Notes under the pieces: generated by a model
What the model saw: the letters and a program-made list of their open reading frames with translations, nothing else
Told to the model about the DNA's origin: nothing
Database searches by the model: none
Shown: piece by piece, positions 59,032-64,000 of the stretch
How the letters are laid out: every line of letters begins with the position of its first letter
Position numbering within the stretch: position 1 is the first letter of the stretch
Assembly: GCA_951406725.2 (NCBI GenBank)
Contig: OX597834.1
Location: 40,362,001 to 40,426,000 of the forward strand
Source: Octopus vulgaris
Taxonomy: Eukaryota
Direction of reading: 5' to 3'
DNA length: 64,000 nucleotides
Position numbers and translations under genes: made by a program

Positions 59032-59460
59032 TCTTCGAACGAAGGAGAAATTTGTCTTCTTTTGTAAAAGAATATTAAATTTGAAGGGAAGGAAAAAAAA
59101 TGAAGAGAAAAATCTCGGCTCATTAGCATTGTGAACCAGATTTTTTAGCTTCGGGTTTCTTTTAATGAAATGAAAACTGATTGAATGAAGAAATGAATGG
59201 GATAATGATGGTGGTGATGACGATGATGATGGTGATACTCCTGATGAGGATGGTGGTGGGGGGGATGGCGGCAGCGGCAGCAGTATTGATGACAGTGATG
59301 ACGTCGATGACGGTGGCGATGACGACGACAATGATGATGATGATGATGATAAGGATGATGATGGTGATGATGAGGATGATGATAGTGATGATGATGGTGG
59401 TGGTGGTGGTGGTGGTGATGATGATAATGATGGTGGTGGTGGTGATGGTGATGATGAAGA

Positions 59461-59494
<34 letters not shown>

Positions 59495-59824
59495 GGTGTG
59501 GTGGTGATGGTGGTGGTGGTGGTGGTGGTGATGATGGTGATGATGATGATGGTGATGGTGATGATGATGATGATAATGATAGTGATGATGATGATGAGGA
59601 GGAGGAGGTTAGTGATGATGATGATGGAGGTGGTGGTAGTGGTGATGATGGTGTAGGTGGTGGTGGTGTTATTGTTGGTGGTGGTAGTGGTGATGGCGAT
59701 GATGGTGATGACAGTGATGATGATGATGGTAATGGTGGTCGTGACGACGATGAAGTTGATACTGATAATGTTGATACTGATAATGTTGATAATGATGATG
59801 ACGATTATGATAATGACGATGGCA

Positions 59825-60230
<406 letters not shown>

Positions 60231-60934
60231 GAGAGCAATTACGGTAAGTTCGCTGATATCTGTGTACATGGTATGGTTGCAAATAATTGGAGCCTCTGGC
60301 TTTTAATGTTTCGCTTTCGTTTTACATTTTCGATGAGAAACTAATACTTTGACATTGTCCAATAAAACCTCTCACGGTAACTGGGAAATATTATTAACAG
60401 AGAGGTAAACAAGTAAATATTGCCTGGTTTCCATGAGACACCGAACGCTACACACACACGGCAGAAAAAGCATACACGGACACACACATACATGCAGACA
60501 CATATACACACACATACACACACACATACATGCGAACACGAGCGCATACGCAAATACGTACCGCATACAAATACAATCACACATATATACATGCATGCAT
60601 GCATACATACATACATACATACATACATACATACATACATACATACACACATACATACATACATACATACGTACACACATACATACATAAATACATACAC
60701 ACACTCACACATACATACATACATACATACATACATACATACATACATACACACATACATACATACATACGTACACACATACATACATAAATACATACAC
60801 ACACTCACACATACATACATACATACCTACATACATACATACATACATACATACATACATGCATGCATACATACATACATACATACATACATAGAAATAC
60901 ATGTATGCTAACATAACTCTTTTACCCGCCCTTA

Positions 60935-61051
<117 letters not shown>

Positions 61052-61088
61052 TGTATATATGTATTTCGCTTGCACGTCATGTTTGAAG

Positions 61089-61172
61089 CTCCGAATGAAG
61101 CTATAGGGTGATATATATACAAGCACTCAACAAGGAGTGGATTGCGCCTTAGGCAGAAACAGCTGTAAGATA
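61089..61172 (+). ncRNA. Decayed hammerhead motif related to the 23245 copy
   Basis: Shares GAAACAGCTGTAAG. Stem II remnant tagggtg/cgcctta; core degraded to CCGAATGA. Confidence 0.4.
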
Positions 61173-61265
61173 ATGAAGTTCACAACATAATTGTTTATTC
61201 CTCTCTCTCATATCTCAATTTCTTATATACATATACATATACATATATATATATATACATATATG

Positions 61266-61397
<132 letters not shown>

Positions 61398-61486
61398 CGT
61401 ATGTTTGTATTTCTCTGTCTCTCACTTCCTCTCTTTCAATCTCTCTCTCTATATATATATGTATATACATACATACATACATATAT

Positions 61487-61545
<59 letters not shown>

Positions 61546-62413
61546 CACACATTGATTTCTAAAAGAATGATCATTCGTGAATTGGTAATTAAATTATTGA
61601 TAGTTTATAGGTAATATTATTCAAGCTTAAATTAGAAAGTTGATACACTGGAATGAGGGCCCGATAGCTACTCTTTCTTAGTTCAGTTATACCTTCATCC
61701 CACCAAATATGGCTTATCATTTACATATGAGCTGTCGGCATAGCGGCATCGGTATCAAAACCGATTGACGTATCGAACACGGTCGCATTTCTCCCTGGAA
61801 TTCAAGCATGGGCAACCTTATTTGGAGAAGCAGGCCGCAAGGTATATTACTCATCATCAGGTGGGATGCAATGTTAAAAAACAATTCAAGGTAATTTTTC
61901 GTTTGACGTCTCATTCGAAAAGTCGCACGGGCCGCAGTTTTACCCGTGATTGTTATAAACGCTCAGTTCGAATCCTTACTGGGGAATTTTATAAGCCACA
62001 TGGCATCGATGAAATATTTGCCAGGATTGGAACGGAATCCACAGAATCTGCTATATTCTTTCTGAGGATGAGGAGAAGGAGGAGGAGGAAGGGGAGAAGG
62101 GGGAGAAGAAGAAGAAGACAAAAATATGTAGAAGAAGAAGACGAAGAAGAAGAATAAAGAAGAATGAAGAAAAGAAGAAGAAGAAGAAGAAGAAGAAGAA
62201 GAATGAAGAAAAGAAGAAGATGAAGGAGGAAGAGGAGAAGGGGAGAAGAAGAAGAAGAAGACAAAAATATGTAGAAGAAGAAGACGAGGAAGAAGAATAA
62301 AGAAGAATGAAGAAAAGAAGAAGAAGAAGAAGAAGAAGAAGAAGAAGAAGAAGACCCCCTTCGTTCATGAATGACGATACGATATATGTGTGTGTGTGTG
62401 TGTGTGATTTAAC

Positions 62414-62792
62414 GGTGGCCATGCTGGAGCATCGCCTTCACGGTCTTAGTCGAACAAATCAACCCCAGGACTTATTTTTTAAGACCTAGTAAATATTCTG
62501 TCGGTCTCTTTTGTCGAACCGCTAAGTTACGGGGATGTAAACACAACAGCATCCGGTTATCAAACGGAGGGGACAAGCGCAGACACAAAGACGCACACAT
62601 AAATATATAAATATATATATATATATACGACGGGCTTCTTTCAGTTTCCGTCTACCAAATCCACTCACAAGTCTTTGGTCGGCTCAAGGCTATAGTAGAA
62701 GACACTAGCCCAAAGTGCCACGCAGTGGGACTGAACCTGGAACCATATAGTAAGGGAAGCAAGTTTCTTACCGCACAGCCACACCTATGCCT
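62414..62792 (-). mobile_element. Family B SINE
   Basis: Reverse complement of the family B layout. Confidence 0.8.
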
Positions 62793-62794
62793 AC

Positions 62795-62863
<69 letters not shown>

Positions 62864-63070
62864 GTGGAGAAGAGGTCAACGAATAGGCGAGAGACTGTAA
62901 AAGTGAATATATCAAATATCGCCGTGCCAAAAGGTAACCAAGTAAAAGATAATATATTATGAACTAATTAACTGCCAAGACGTTCAACATAAAATGATAT
63001 TAAAGAAGGAGGAAGGAGGAGGAGGAGGAGGAGGAGGAGGAAGAGGTGGGGAAGTAGAACATAGCCATAG

Positions 63071-63111
<41 letters not shown>

Positions 63112-63497
63112 ATCTTACCGTATTTGTTTATCCTTTAATGTCTCGAATTCTCGACATTTTTTCAGCTGATCTAAGTCGTGCTATATTTTGTTGACAAATA
63201 TATTTGTCCTCTTACAACAAACATTACACACTCACACACACTCACACACACTTACACACACCACACATGCACACATACACACACACCACACCACATACAC
63301 ACACACACAAGGAATGCTTGGCTATCACCGTTTTCTTTTCGTAAACAAACTTAATACTCTACAAATTGTAATGAGTGATTCTTTATTTGTTTCACTGATC
63401 TTTTACGCATGATTCTACATAAAAAAAACTCTCACAAACATGCGCGCGCGCGCGCACACAGACAAACACACACACACTCACATGCGTACGCTAATAT

Positions 63498-63579
<82 letters not shown>

Positions 63580-63583
<4 letters not shown>

Positions 63584-63718
63584 CTTGCTTCCCAACCATA
63601 TGGTTCCGCGTTCAGTCCCACTGCATGGCACCTTGAGCAAGTGTCTTGTACTACAGTCTCGGGCCGACCAAAGCCTTGTGAATGGATTTCGTAAACGGAA
63701 ACTGAAAGAAGCCCGTTG

Positions 63719-63787
<69 letters not shown>

Positions 63788-63880
63788 CTGTTTGTTTGTT
63801 TTTTTCCCCCAGCATCGCTTGAGAACCGATGTTGGTGTGTTTAGGTCCCCGTACATTAGCGGTTCAGTAAAGAGACCAAT
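63580..63880 (+). mobile_element. Family B SINE
   Basis: AAGCTTGCTTCCCAACCATATGG...GAAGCCCG-(TA)(TG)-...TAGCGGTTCAGTAAAGAGACC. Confidence 0.8.
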
Positions 63881-64000
63881 GGCTAACGATCTATCATGGC
63901 GACAGCCAGAAAAAACAAAAAGACGAAGACAAGTGTAGGAACAACAAGCAAGTGTATTTGTTTGACGCTCGGGCAAAATAGAAAAGTCTTTTATGTTTCA

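Noticed and set aside
61717-62067. Complex segment with a 130-aa ORF (61765-62157)
   Set aside because: No recognisable motif in the frames I translated, and the ORF runs into a GAA repeat. It is possibly an old transposon remnant.

Overview
This is eukaryotic, AT-rich, extremely microsatellite-dense DNA. Its SINE families and simple-repeat load look like a coleoid cephalopod (octopus) genome, which is an inference and not a database match. I can support no host protein-coding gene: almost every ORF in the track is a translation of (TA)n, (CA)n, (TAA)n, (TAGA)n or (GGT)n repeats. The window is intronic or intergenic and packed with mobile DNA: three or more tRNA-derived SINE families, decayed non-LTR retrotransposons (RTE endonuclease, L1/Tx1-type C-terminal zinc knuckle, Dong/R4-type restriction-like endonuclease sitting in TAA repeats), mariner-derived elements, two hAT MITEs with 8-bp TSDs and a foldback element. 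The most notable signal is about ten type I hammerhead-ribozyme motifs, some intact and some decayed. One lies in a 360-nt, highly structured unit at 2092-2466 whose flanking inverted copy spans the unit's own end-to-start junction. That arrangement suggests a retrozyme or Penelope-mobilised element with a circular or tandem intermediate. Also notable are a SINE whose 3' tail matches the L1/Tx1 LINE tail and that recurs at one site inside older copies of itself, and a cluster of RFX X-box motifs near 58.9-60.4 kb.
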